A stretch of 64,000 nucleotides of DNA from Leucoraja erinacea (Eukaryota): assembly GCF_028641065.1 (NCBI RefSeq), contig NC_073405.1:4588001-4652000 (forward strand). Reading direction: 5' to 3'. Under the pieces are notes generated by a model. It had not been told where the DNA came from. It saw only the letters and a program-made list of their open reading frames with translations, and did no database searches. Position numbers and translations under genes: made by a program. Of the stretch, positions 33,101-48,100 are shown one piece after another; the first letter of the stretch is position 1, and each line of letters begins with the position of its first letter.

Positions 33101-36100
33101 TATTCAAAAGGAAAAGTTATTACAAGCCCTAAGACAAATGTATCACCTCATTCGCAAGTGATCGGATTGCATTTCAGTGCTGAGTTACAGTCTGAATAAA
33201 TTCAAGACAGCTGTGTAAATTAATACCTGCTTGAGGAAATACAAACTCAGGGTTTCTTTTTGGCTGCGAAGTGTGTGAACATTCATATTATACTTGTAAC
33301 TTTAAAAGTTTTTCGATTTGCCTATTCAGCTGGAACATACTGTACTGATATATTCTGGTAATCAAGAAATCTACTACATATATACTGCAACTGAAAAGTT
33401 ATAATTGGAACAAAATGCCATCATTCTCGTATTCAACCCTTTTGTAATTAAGGCCAAAAGGCCATAATTTTCCTTTTCTTATGCTTGCTGAATCTGCTCA
33501 TTAAGCTTCAGTAATTTATAAAGAGGACACCCGTATTTATGTATTTTTTAAAACACCAATAACTTTCAATTTCTTACAATTAAAAAAAAAAAATTCTACC
33601 TCTGAAAGTGGATGATCGCATTTCCAGATATAAATTCCATTTGCATATCTTTACACATTTACTTTAACTGTCTCTCTTCCTCTGAAACTTGTCTGCGTCA
33701 TTCTCATATTTCTCACTGCCACTTAGCTTTGTAGTTCCTTACAACGTAGACCACTCAATCCATTAAATCAACGCCAGCTCTCAGTCATCCCCTTCCCTGC
33801 ACCCTTCCCCTTTTTATTACCCTCTAACCTATTTGTTCCCCACATACACCCATGAATACTCCCTGACCCACCCACCTAAACTGGAGGCAATGTACAACAG
33901 GCAATCAACCCAAAACCAATATATCTTTGGGATATGGGAGGAATAGGTGACGTTTTGGGTCGAGACCCTTCTTCAGGCAGTCTGAAGAGGGGTCTCGACC
34001 TGAAACATTACCCATTCCTTCTCTCCAGAGATGCTGCCTGACCCGCTGAGTTAGTCCAGCATTTTGTGTCTGCCTCATGTCTACTATGTCTTGTAATAAT
34101 TTTGTACAACCCACTCCACCAAACAGGGATTGTCAGTCTTTAGAATTCTCTCCCACAAGGGCTTTGTATGCAGTTACTGCGTAAACTGAAGGCAGGGAGA
34201 CTCAAGATATATGGGGAATGCATAGGAATTTGGTGAGAGCACATCATCCTTGAACTTGATGTCATATTTATGATGTCTATTTTTTAATTTATATACTTCA
34301 AGAAACAAAACAAGTTTTTCACTTCGGAATTCAGAACAAGGTATGTGATTTGAACTTACAGCAGAGCCAGAGTTTGGTGAGTAGTCGGAAAAGCAGGGAC
34401 ATGCTATCCTGGGTGTCTGATGTAGCAGTGTATATTGGCAAACAACCAGGTTTAAGCAGACCCCAAATTCGTATCACCACCATTAGTTCTCTGAGCATGC
34501 CAAGTGAGGTTCCATCTCTGAGAAAACTAAATCCTGGACGAACAGGAGAACCCTGTAAGGAAAGATTGACCATCAGCAGGACAAATCCACTAAATGATAT
34601 TAAAAAAGTGAATCTGCAAAGGGAAAATAAATTAGTCCAAAGAACATTGTTAGCAACTGTTGATACTGTAAATATTTGTGACGACGTGATGATCCAAGTA
34701 TCTCTATTTTCCAATTAGACTAGTTTGATATTATTTGGGTTATTTTCACATTGGCAACTAATAGGGCTTCTCAATGACATAATTCAAGCAACCTAATATA
34801 TTACAGCCAAGTTTGTTAACAATACTAAGATAGGCAGAAGGATGGGGAGGTGGACACAGAGTTTGCATTTGTTGCTATCTTCATTAAGATTCCACCGCTT
34901 CTGTTTCGACTAATGCAGAAACCATTCCATTGTGATTTTGAAATTGCCAATTCCAGCAGCAATAACCACTTTCCTTCTTAAAACACTGTTCCATACAACC
35001 CGTGCTTTTCATGGTGGTGCGAGCTGGTAACACATACTGGCACCTCTAAAAAGTTAAACACTAGATTGATATAAAGCAGCCTAAGTGTTGCGTGAATTGT
35101 TATATGTACCAGCAGATTTTTGTCTACAAAATAACACACTGCAACCATTGGAGAAGCAACATCTGCCCTTCTATCTCTTCCCATTCCAACCTCCAGGGTC
35201 TCAAACTGTCCTTTTAGGTTAAATAATTCTTCCAATCTAGTGTAAAGCATTCAATGTCTATAAATATATTCACCTGTACATTCGAGAAACTGAATGACTG
35301 CAGGGGTTAACGTGAACTTTCAGTTGATTGTTCACCATTCCACTCCTACCTGTCAGTGGATACTGCATCAGCAATAACATGCACTCGCAGTATAGCACCT
35401 CATCTTACATTAGACGCCTTTTTGACCCTAAATAGAATTCAATGAATTCAGGTAACATGCTTCGAGTGTCAGTGTCTGAATTAGCCAGTTCTGCTGTAGG
35501 TCGTTCACTCGTATTGACTCATTCTCTCACCCTTTGTAATTTCTGCAGCACTACATTTCACAACTTTGTGTTCTCTCCAAATTCCTTCATTAACCTATCA
35601 ATGATACAGCTTTACCAATAGCTACGCCCCTGGTCTCACCCTGCCAGACATATTTGCTTTTCTCTATTCATTCCTCCCTCACTCTTGGCTGCAATTTAAA
35701 ACTAATTCACTTTCTTTTTCCCCAGTCCTGAAAAATTAACTTGCATCTCTTTCCACAGGTGCTGTTTCATTTGCCAAGTTTTTAAACATTGTTTTCATTT
35801 GTTTAAAGTGAGTGGGCAAAAACAGCAAAATGGAGTATAACATGGAAAATGCAAGGTTATCCACGCTTAGCAGGAAAAATCAAAACTGGAACCTACTGTT
35901 AGGTTGATGGTTCTCGAACATGATTCAAGTTGGCCTACAGGTAGAGCAGGTAATTAGCAAAGTAAATGTAACGTTGACCTTTACTGCATGAGAGAATGAC
36001 TATGATTACATACAATGTCAATCATCTTTGCCCCATTAATTGCATTGGAGACAATTAAGAGATAGTTAACTCTGATTCCTCAGATCAAGTGATTGTCTAA

Positions 36101-39100
36101 AGAGCCTGGAATTCTACATTCATTTTGAACTGAGGAAATTAGTGAATGAAAATAATTTGAAGTGTCCCAACAGGGCAAATGATGAGAAAATGTTTCCATT
36201 CACAGCATTCGCAGGAGAACCCAGAACCAGGGAACTGAGATTCATAATAAGGAATTATCTAGTTAAGACACAGATGACAAGGAACTTATTTCTTAGAGGG
36301 TGATACATCATTGTAATTCTCATACTTGGTTTGTGGAGAAAAAGGACACAGAGTGCTGGAGTAATTCAGCAAGTCAGACAGCATCTCTGGAGAACGAGGA
36401 TAGGTGACATTTTGGGTCCAGACCCTTCTTCAGAATGCGTTGTGGAGGTTGCGTTGAGGTTCTGACAAATAGATCTTTACACCATGTACAAGTTAAGGCC
36501 ATTTTCTAGCTGACAACAGTGGCAAACCGAGGTACAAAGATTTAAAACATAAATATCTCATTCTGTGAAAATAGATACATGAGAGACAGATGATGAGGAT
36601 ATTTATAGGCAACGATGCATGCTGTATGTACAGGCGAATATCCTCTTGCGTAAATTTGGTGCGTGTGCAGATGTGGTGAAGATGTCGCTATTTAGAGCAT
36701 ACTGCACACCCTTCCACACTGCGCACCTGTGGTCGAACTATTTAAAGACAAATATGCAGAGACTAAAGGTGGCTTATAACGATGCCATGAGAACACTGCT
36801 AAGGCAACCTAGATGGTGTAGTGCCAGTAATACGTTTGTGGCTGCAGGAGTCAGTACTTTAGAAGCTATCCTAAGACACCACATGTATAAATTCATTTGC
36901 AGGATAAATGACTCTAAAAATGTGCTTATTGTGGCCTTGACAAACATAAGGGTTAGCACTACACGCTACGAATCCCAGCTGTGGAGACACTGGTATCGTT
37001 GCCTCATTGTAGGATATTGATCATCTTTTAATCTGGATTTTTAACTTAAGTATTGTGGGTTTAAAAAATATATAAATTATGATGTTATGTGATACACCAT
37101 GATTTTATATATATTTATGATATTTGATATGCAATGCATTTTTAATGTAATGTTGCCCCTTGTCTGGATCTTGAGTCCGAAATAAAGTTTATTATTATTA
37201 TTATTATTATTATTATAAGCATCTCATAAAATAAACTGAAATTACTCTGCAAGATGATTGCTGATGCACTGAAATAGGTTGCCAAGTATTAAAAGCCTTG
37301 TAATATGTTCATTCTTTACGGAGGATGATTTCTAAAGAATTTGGAGAAAATCCTGTCTTTTTTACTACACCTACACCATCCACATGGTAAAAATAAACCC
37401 TAAGCATACTTCTATATTTAGAATTAGACTTCCCTCGTCCCCCCTCTCCCATCAGGCAAGAGGTAAAAAAATGTGAAAACGCATACCTCCAGATTCAGGG
37501 ACATTTCTTCCCAGCAGTTATCAGGCAACTGAACCATCCTATCAACAACTAGAGTGTGGTCCTGAGCTACTATCTACCTCACTGGAGGCTCTCAGACCAT
37601 CTTTAATCGGTCTTTACTGCACTAAACGTTATTCCCTATATAATGTATCTGTGCACTGTTGACGGCACGATTGTAATCATGTAGTCTTTCCACTGACTGG
37701 TTAGCACGCAACAAAAGCTTTTCACAGTACATGTGACAGTAAACTCACCTGGTTGGGCAGACTAGCCAGCAGATACAGCACAAAGTCTCCAACCCACTGA
37801 ATGAGCTGCTGCAGGGACTGCAACACCCAGGCATCCAGAACAAACTCTTCGGTTTTTAAATTTATCATAACTTTATCAATATCTGAAAGTATAAATTACA
37901 TCTTTAATCAACTGGACACTTAGCTAACTTTACTGAAATACTGAATTAATAGCAATAACTAAATACAAATAACATTTGTTAAATACATTAAGTTCTGTCA
38001 AAAATCTTTTTCTCGGGTCACCAAATTAAGAAAAGACAAGCATAAAGGAATGTGCATAATTCCAAGTAATCCACATTGAAAAAAAAAACGCACTTGAGAA
38101 ATAATATGGCAGAGATTTACAAGGTGCTTCCGTGTACAATTAAGGAACTGCTGCCCTCTTGGAGATGCTTTGGACAAAGGGTGTCAGGAGTTGTAGGCAG
38201 AAGGCAGAAGAATGGGGTTAAGAGGCAAAGATAGATCAGCCATGATTGAACGGCACAGTAGACTTGTTGGGCCGAATGATCTAATTCTGCTCCTATTATA
38301 TATGAATTTAAACATAGCTCCTTAGTGCCTCTTGGGATAGATGTAAATGATTCCCAGAACGCTACTCAATAAAGAGCAAGGGAGCTCTACCAGTTGAATT
38401 TTAGTTTAGTTTATAATATTATTGTCACGTGTACAGAGGTAGAGTGAAATGATTTTTGTTACATGCTATTCTGCCAAAGAAAAGATTATACCCGATTACA
38501 ATCAAGCCATCCACAGTGGACAGATGAAGAATAAAGGGTACGACATTTAGTTATAAAGTCCGATGAAGTCTGATTAATAAAGATAGTGCAAAGGTCTCGA
38601 TGAGGTATATGTGGGGGGAATTAGGACCCCACTCTAGTTGGTAATAGAATGGTTCAGTTGCCTGATAACAACTGGGAAGAAACTGTCCCCTAATCTGGAG
38701 GTATGCGTTTTCAAACTTCTGTACCTCTTGTCTGATGGGAGAGGTGAAGAAGAGGGAGTGACCGGGGTGAGACTGATCCTTGAATATGCTGGTGGCCTTG
38801 CATTGGCAACGTGAAGTGTAGATGGAGTATCACAATCAACACAAAATATACAGTTGGAATAATGAAAGGAAAACTCAATTCCTTCAACTAAGCAATCTGT
38901 AGCTTGCTGAAATATTCACAACACTCAACTTGAAGAATCAGAAGGCGTTATTCAGCCACCTCAAGCATTTACATTTGGTCCACGTGCAAAATAGAATACA
39001 TACCAGTGTCCGTGTTTTTACAGCAGATCTCAGTCAGTCGCTCTCCAGGGCTTTTATCTGGTGTGTTCAACAAATGTGGTCGAAGAAGTGATTTAAGTGT

Positions 39101-42100
39101 GGAACCTATTGCAATCAGCAGCAGCTTTGCATGGAAATCACAGGCTCTTGCCAGCGTATTTGTTGACAGCTTACATAAAGATGCTTTCATGGCCACTATT
39201 CGGGTGGACAGAACCTTAATAAAGGGAAAGGGAGGAAGCAATTTAAATGCATGCCCACAAAGAATAGTTCAGAGGGAACAATAAAATTGAACAAAACCAT
39301 AACTCTCCCATGTTATCATTCACAACAAATTGAATGTCAAGTATTTTTAGCAGGCAAGATGCCAGATCATATAAAATCCTTTGTTCAACACCACTTGACA
39401 TGTCAAGAAGCATTTAGCAACTTTTTTGTGTTTAGTTTACAATTGTCATGTGTACCGTGACAAGCTTTTGTTGCCTGCTATCCAGTCAAAGTCTATACAC
39501 GATTACAATCAAGCCATCCACAGTTTAAAATTATCTTCATCAGTATGGAGATGTCGGGGATTGAACCCGGGGTCTCATACATGCAAAGCCTGTGCTCTTC
39601 CACCGAGCTGCATCCCGACATAAAGAATCGCAGTCATTAATTTCTCAACTAAAGCCATAAAAACAAACTGGAAGCAACTACAAATGATGGTTGGAAACTA
39701 TACCTTCATTTGGTGCCTTTCACAACCTCAGGATGCTTAGGTGCAAAAATATAGCTTTTTAAAATGTTGTAATGCAGATATAGCCAATTTGCTCAAAGCA
39801 TTCTGACAAACACCATGAGATAAATGATCAGACAATCTGTTTGCGATGTTGACCAAGGAATATGTGCTGGATAGAATACTGGTAGAACTCCCCTGCTCTT
39901 CGTCGAGTAGCGCCTTGGGGATCTTTTACATCTATCCAGAGGCACCAAGTAGCTATATTTAATCCCTCATCTAAAATATAGCACCTCCAGAATGCAGCAA
40001 TTCTTCAATAGTACATAGAAATACCTTGAAGATTTTAAGACTAGGAATTCAGGTGTGGGAATGCTATAATTAAACCAGCTGCAATATGCAATATCCACAA
40101 AATACCAATGATTCTTCATTAGTACCAGCTTAAATTATGGTTTCTACCACCTGGAAAATGCAGATGGGAACATCTCCCCGGAAAAGTTTCCTTCCAAGTC
40201 ACACATCAGTTTAACTTGGAAGTACATTGCACCTCCATTATCCTTCATCATTCAGGTCAGAATCCTTGAATCCCATCCTAAATGTGGGAACAGTTTCACA
40301 GCCGTTCAAGGCAGCAGCTCACCACCACATTTTTTTTTATTTTTTTTTAAACTTGGCTTGCACACACAAGGTCTATGGGAGATGGTGGATATTGCAAGCC
40401 ACCAGTGCTTTGGTCTGCAGTGTCTCTTGCGACTAAATAATCCAGCCCATCATTTGCATTGTTCCATCAGTGGTTGCAATGTGCGTGTCACAAATAGATA
40501 GTTCAAAACTCCATGCTCTTCTGAGCTCCTATCTTTCAAGCGGCTGGAGTCAATTCCTGCAAAGGATTTTAGCTCAGTTTTCCATTGGTCAGGATCAATT
40601 AAACTCCTTCATATTTTCCTTGCACATAATAGTCATATATTGCTAAAATGAGAATGTTTTATGACGTTGACATGATTGGATAGGGCTGTAAAAATGTCTA
40701 ACTATGGTAAAATAATACAAGGCCCTGGGAGAAACTGATTAATCGTCTTCTTTTCATGTTATGAGATGGTAAGATTCTACTGTTTCTCAACAGCTCGACA
40801 TTTAATCAGTGCCACTAGATGAATTAGAACCAATGCAATGTGTGCAAATGTCAAAAGCCACAGTTGTGAGACTGACAGTCCTGTCAGAAAGATTCTAAAC
40901 TCCACCATGCTCCAGGTTAAAATGTCCATTTTGTGAGTTTGAGTCATGCAAGCTATTTGTCTTGCTTTCAGAACTAACAACTGAAAAAGAGCAGCAAGTG
41001 AACATTACCAAACATAAAATGCACTCCCTGCCACCCCAGTGAACCGTTACCTGTTGCAAAGCCTGTGCCTGCCGTGTATATTCCTCGTGCAGTTTCTCCA
41101 CTAGGTTTTGCACCATGTTAGGTTGTACATGCAAAAGGATGTCCCACCAGTCGAAACCCGTCACCATACAGTACTCCAATAGGAAAAGCAGATGACGCAG
41201 TGATGTGTTTATGTCTAGCGTGTGACCCATTGAAGGAGAGATCCTTAGCATGCTCAGCTAGGAGGGAACAAAATAATGTCAACCTTTCAATAAGAATGTA
41301 AGTAAGTTTGCACTTTTGAAAAAAAATACTATTTCAGTTAGAAATTAAATAGCACTGGCACATTTAAGGCAACATTTTTGGCATTTTGGCCGCATCACTG
41401 AAGTTAAGGAACTGAAAGGACAGGCAAATCTTCTTAAATGTATTATTAAATACTGAATATAATTTAACAATGCATTCTTTTTATTGTATTTGTTACCTTT
41501 CCCTGGCTGTCTATTCCAACTAATGCCAATGAAGTCAAGGACAGCTGCAGTGCTTTGAAGTGCACCGACGACGCAGTTGTACGCTGTCGCTTAATAGACT
41601 GGTCGTCTGCTGGTCGTTGGGAGGGAATGCTGTAGAAAACTCCCAATGTTTGTAGTGAAAGCCTGTGAACAATGTGAATAGTTCCATCATGGAATGCTAA
41701 TGCAAGGCCTAGAGATAGGAAGGAAAACTAGAATGTAGTCAATCCTCCACAGCAAACCCAAATGCATTCTCACAACCCAATGATCACAACAATAGTTCAA
41801 GCTTATTTGGCAAGATGCGTGTTTAAGACAATAGACTGAGTAAACAGTCACTTCAAATTCATGAGCTGAAGAATAATAAGGAATTACTTCAGTGGTCTGA
41901 AAATAACCTATACACCAAATGCACAGGAGAACTCATTAACAGTGGAGGGGAAAAAAATGAAAGGGGTATAAAATAAGGACACAAAGTATTGGTGTATTGC
42001 CCCTGTCCCACTTAGGAAACCTGAACGGAAACCTCTGGAGACTTTGAGCCCCACCCAAGGTTTCCGTGCGGTTCCCGGAGATTTTTGCTTCCACTACCTG

Positions 42101-45100
42101 CAACCTCCAGCAACCACCTGCAACCTCCGGGAACCGCACGGAAACCTTGGGTGGGGCGCAAAGTCTCCAGAGGTTTCCGTTCAGGTTTCCTAAGTGGGAC
42201 AGGGGCATAACTCAGCAGGTCAGGCAGCATCTCCAGAGAACATGGATAGGTGATGTTCCATGTCAAGACGCATCTTTATATCCATGTTCTCCAGAGATGC
42301 TGCCTGACCCGCTGAGTTATTTCATCACTTTGTTTCATTCTGTGTAAACCAGCATCTGCTGGTCCTTGTTTCTACATGGAAGGGGTATATTCTCACCACT
42401 GTGACAGAAAAAACTATTTAAAAATTCTCTCAACTGTGCTCCGCTTCAAGATGTTTTTCCGAGAGAGTGGAAAGTCAGACCGATTGGAAAGTAATATCAA
42501 TAAGATAAATCAGGGGAATGGAAAAGCGTGCAGATCCAGCCATCAACTCGTCACTTACTGAATAAAATCAGCAAAATGGAATCACCTCAAATGCCCTGCT
42601 CTCCTTGAATGCCTAGATTAGATGCAATGAGGAGAAACCATCCTACCCAAATCATCTAAATGACTTTTCAGTTTACAAGGTCCTTTGAGCAAACACCATA
42701 GAGCAACAAAGTAAATCCCCAAACGAGACCATAAGGATTTATAAATACATCTTTCACTGATTCTATTTTTTGGTGATTTTATAAAGTAGGTAACAAGCTG
42801 AAGACTGGATCGGCTTTATTGTGCATTCCCCAATTTTATCTAATTGATGTTACTTTCCAATCAGTCTGATTTTCCACTTTCTCTGGGAAACATGTCCTGA
42901 TGCAGACCACTGTTGAGAGATTTGTTTTTAATGGTTCCTTACATCACAGTAGCAAGGATATACACAATTAATGCTTTTTTTGCCCCCAAAGAGGACTCCA
43001 TATGAAGCACAATACTAACCCATGCCTGGAAAGAATTTTGTGTCTGTTGCCACCTTTAGATCACTACTGGTAAGAGAGATGGGAAGTTTGGGTAAACCCA
43101 CAGCTGTTACACGATCTAGGTCATTGGTTGCACTTAGAATCCTCCACTTCAGGATGCTTGGCTGTTTATCACCTAAGAAAATAGAAACCACACTTGAGGG
43201 AAGGGAAAACTAAATGAAAATGAATATTTTTCTACAGCCAATCATGAATTACATTTCATATTTAACTATAATTGTTATCATCGATGTATTCACTTCGTAG
43301 AACAAATTCACACACAATAAAATGTTTTTTTGTAATCCTGTACATCCCTAAGCAGGCATTAACTTGCAGTGATTTATGTAACAATACCAGATTCCCAAGA
43401 ACACCATCCTTTTTCAATCTCAGATCATATAAAAATGGAGAATATCTTTAATATTATAATCCATAAAGGACTGAAAATTAAACCTTAATCTGAGCTGTCT
43501 GCAATTTATAACCATCAAGTCCCGCTGAGAGCAGCTACCTCCATACTCACCCATGGGGGAAATTGGCTGAAAAATATTGTTTACTGGCAACCCTTCCTTC
43601 CGTAATGACCAGCATTCTACGATGCTGCCCGACAGACTGGAAGCACACAGCAACACCTACAGGAGGTAAGAGCATGGCAATTACTCTTACATCTAGCTGT
43701 GCCAACAATAAAACTCATCATTGATCAAATTTCACAAACTTCAACCAAGAAGTCCACTGCTCATCACCCAGTATCGTAACTCTTACAATTCTCCTCTTGT
43801 TCTCTTTAGTGCTTCCAATGCCTCATCATACTAGCAGGTTGAAGATAATGGTTTGAGGCTTTGATTGATATAATAACTAATGAGTTGGAGAGGGCGACTT
43901 ACAGTGCTGTTAACTACAAACATTTACAGAGAGGGGGAAATAATTGGAAGTGCCATCCAGCCATCGGAGATTGAGAGCCTGAATGAAGAATAATTCAACA
44001 TATTGTAGAGATAGCAAAATAAGTGGCAGGGAGATTGACTTGGGGAGGGAATTTATCACTTTGATTATTCATTTAATGTTGAACTCTGCAGCTGCAGCTC
44101 CAAAAACAAGCAGGGTGGATGAAAAAATTGGAAGAGCTTGCAGTGATAGATCTCGGATAGATTTGATGATGGTAATCTTAAAATTCGCTGCACGGGGGCT
44201 TGGAAATGAAAAACATTGAGGATGAAAAGGATGGGCAAGGAAGATCTTTGCAGGTTGGGAAGAGTCATCTGATTGGACTTATGTCGCTACATGGTTGTGA
44301 ACAGATAACTGGAAGCATTGGCTCAGAATGAAAAAAACTATCATAAGAAAATACCATACATACCAAAGCCAGATATTTACAAAATCCAAAAAAGGTTGAC
44401 TTTGGCCTATTTTATCATAAACCTCTAAGTACTCCGTAACCACATCCTTTATAAAGGACTCTAAAATCTTACCAGACACTGAAATCAGGTTAGCCAGCCT
44501 ATAGTTTCCACTCTTCTGTTTTGCTCCCTTCGTGTACAGCGGGGTAATATTCGCAATTTTCCAATCATCTGGAACCACTTCCAACTCTTGAAATATCACT
44601 ACTAATGCCTCTACAATCTCTAAAGCCACCTCTTTTAGAACCCTGGGGATGCTGTCCATCCAGTCCAGGTGACATCCACCTTCAGACCTGTTTCCCAAGC
44701 ACCTTCTCCTTAGTAACAGCCACTCCACTAACTTCCACCCCCTGACTCTTGAATTTCAGGCACGTTGCTAGCGTCTTCCAATGTAAAGACACTAGCATGA
44801 TGTGAAGACGATGCAGAAAAGTTATTCAATTCCTCTGCCATTTCTTTATTCCCCATTATCACTTCTCCTGCATCATTTTCCAGCAGTCCAACATCCACTC
44901 TTGCCTTTTTCTTACTATTTATATATCTGAAGAAACCCTTGCCTTCCTGTACTATATTATTGATAGCAAGAGTTTCTTCAGATATGACAGGATTTATATA
45001 ATGCTAACATCAGATAAACACGCAGTGCATAAAACAGTACATGAATGCTGCACAAGATGAGACAACGTGATGGGCAAGCTTCAAACTTTATACCGAGGAT

Positions 45101-48100
45101 AGACAAATAGTGCTGGACTAACTCCACAGGTCAGGCAGCATCGCTGGAGAAAAAGGATGGGTGACGTTTCAGGTCTGAAGAAAGATTCTGACTTGAATCA
45201 TCACCTGACTTCATAAATAAACTGTGTTCAAACATTTGACACTAGAGGCACATTTAAGAAATGGCACAGGAACAGTGAAAAGAGAAATACAACAACTTTG
45301 ATCCCCTACCTGCTCCGAGGTTTCTCTTGTTAAAAACTTCAGGTGAGTGACGGCTGGGTATTTCTCCTTCCGAGCAGTGTCCGTTGTACAGCGCATGAAG
45401 AGTGATGGCAGAAGCTCCGTATCAATTTTGCACTTCTCATTAACAACGCTCACACAGACCTTATAAAACTGAACAGGTGACGAGCTGCTGCCATCTGACG
45501 TGGTCACCACAATATTTCCACCTCCAGTGAATGCAATGTCTGCCAGGGCAACTCTGCTCCTCAACCGTGATAAACTTTCCGTGGCAGTGAGAACCTGTCC
45601 GCTGGGCTTCAATAACGACACAGTCACAAGACCACTGATGGTTACTGCAATCCAGCCCTCCATGGGCTTCCCTCCGAACAGCGTCAACGACGGGGAGAAC
45701 TTCACCCGGGAAAATTTCTCACCAAAATTGGATGCTCCAGACTGATAGGCAGGGGAAAGAAAACAGGAAAGCATATCATCCTTAAAGCTATCAAACCACT
45801 GGCTAAAAATATTCTGGCAACATAATATAAAGCAACACCGAAATAGATGTAGAATCGGATGGCAATGTGGTCCAATGAGCTTGTTCTATCCAGGGCACAC
45901 CATCAGCATTTTCAACTGGTTTCATGGCTATAAATTCAAGTTACCACTAAAGTTAATGTTTTGGAATGAATCATTGATAGTTACACCAAGATTGAAGTAA
46001 AAGGCAAGCATTGTACCTGCATTTTTGTTTACATCTATTTCAAATCTGTTTACTTCCAGAACGGGGAATAACTTTGAATTTTAGGATTTAGATATAAAGA
46101 CAGAGCACACAAACAGGCTCTTCGATCTACTAAGTCCACGCCAATCATCAAGCACCCATTTTACCATTAATCCTTCCTAACCTATTATATTCAATCAATC
46201 AATCAACCTTTATTGTCATCTTGCAAGCAACAAGTACAGTGCAAAATGAAAAGACGTTTCCCAGTGAATAGCGGAGCCTCGCACATGAAATTTAAAACAC
46301 TTCTCACATAATAACACTAAAAAAAAAAACAATCCAGTCCCTGATGGAACAGAATAAATAGTTAAAATCAGGTAAAAAAACACAATGTTAAAAACAGTAA
46401 ACCAATCATAAAAAAATGTCCGGGGCCGCTGATTTGAGTGGCCAGTGCCAGTTATTAAAGTGTCCGTGCCAGCCGCAGAGTCAAGTCAAGTGACTGTGAG
46501 TGCAGAGTGACTGTTTAGCAGCCTCACAGCCTGTGGTAGGAAGCTGTTTAGCAGCCTCGTAGTCCGGGCTTTGATGCTTCGATATCTCTTGCCTGATGGC
46601 AAGAGATCCAGGTGTGTGTGGAGGGGGTGCAGTTTGTCCTTGGCAATTCTCTGTGCTTTCTTCAGACAGCGGCTCTGGAACAGTTCTTGTACCGAGGGTA
46701 GGGAGACGCCAATAATCCTCTCTGCTCCCCTCACTACCCTCTGCAGAGCCTTCCTGTCCGAGCAGTTGCAGGTGCAGTACCACGTATTGATGCAGTACGT
46801 GAGTACAGACTCCACCGTGCCCCTGTAGAAAGTCCTGAGGATGTTGGTGGGGAGTGAGGCCTGTTTTAGTTTCCTCAGGAAGTGCAGTCGCTGATGGGCC
46901 CGTTTGACGGTCCCAGTGGTGTTCCTGGACCAGGTGAGGTTGTCCGTTATCTGCACACCGAGGAACTTTATGCTCTCCACTCTCTCCACTGCAGTGCCAC
47001 TAATGTTGAGCGGTGTATGCTCTGGCTGCGCCCTCCTGAAGTCGACAACCATCTCCTTCGTTTTTTCGACATTCAATTCCAGGTTTTTTCGACATTCACT
47101 CCACATTTCCATCAGTTCTCCCAGATGCAACAATTTACTTACATTGTAGGGGCAATTTAGTGGCCAACTAACTCTCAACTTTAGGATGTGGCAGGAAAGC
47201 AGGGTATCTGGGTGAAACTCACACAGGCACATACAAAACGTGCACACTCCACAAAGGCAGCCGTGTCACTGTGCTGCCAAATGAATTTTGTCCAGCGGTT
47301 GAGACACAGGCAAGTTTGAAATTGCATCATAATTTATAGAAAACCAGCCTGAAAAGTTAAATATAACCACATAACATGGATGTAAACAAAACCATAATAT
47401 GCCATTTTGTCACTAATCAGTTTTCTAGATCTTCACTGCACAATACCTAATGAAGGAAATGAGGATGAAATCAATCTGAATCTCTGCACACAATTGAAAA
47501 CAAAAACAACTGAGCATTCAGATTTGATCTGTCTTAATTCAATATATCTCTTAGTCAGCACCACAGACTCCTACAGTACTGTGAGGGACAAAGGTGTTAG
47601 TGTTAGCTATTAACATATTTAGTTATTGACAGATAATTGGAACGTTACTTAAGTTTTAGATTACAGCACAAACCTTTTCCACATGCAAGGCCAACTTGAC
47701 ACCATTGTGCAGCCACGACAAGGCTACAATAGGATCTCCATCCACTGAGCTCCCAACTATGCTGTCCCAGCTATTTACAAGGTGATCAGTCATGCTCCAA
47801 CATTTCACCTGGCCATCAGCATCTGCCGACAACAGTCGGGAACCTTACAAACACAAAACAGATGGAATAAATATTCATTTTGGAGATATATCACATAAAT
47901 TACACACTTTAGAACCCAGTAATTTAGGGGGCGGGGGGGGGGGGGGGGGGGGGGGACGACGACTCCTAATTAATGGATTGTTTTTACTTTCATTCCAAAA
48001 CATAAATCTGTCAAAAATCTATTTGTTATCCACGGGAAATATGCACACAATTTATTCATACAAGGTGAGAATTTATATGGACAGAAACATATTTCACCTC

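Noticed and set aside
34350-45745. Plus-strand ORFs at 34350, 39006, 43022 and 45500 as an antisense gene
   Set aside because: They are shadows of MED16 exons on the opposite strand.
46486-47247. Longest ORF (253 aa) as a gene
   Set aside because: 5'-truncated Rex1/Babar-like LINE joined to SINE-derived sequence; the RT core is missing.
47926-47955. Poly-G run (also poly-C near 29275-29294 and a GT-rich tract at 1810-1920) as G-quadruplex elements
   Set aside because: Simple homopolymer or low-complexity runs of uncertain assembled length, with no evidence of function.
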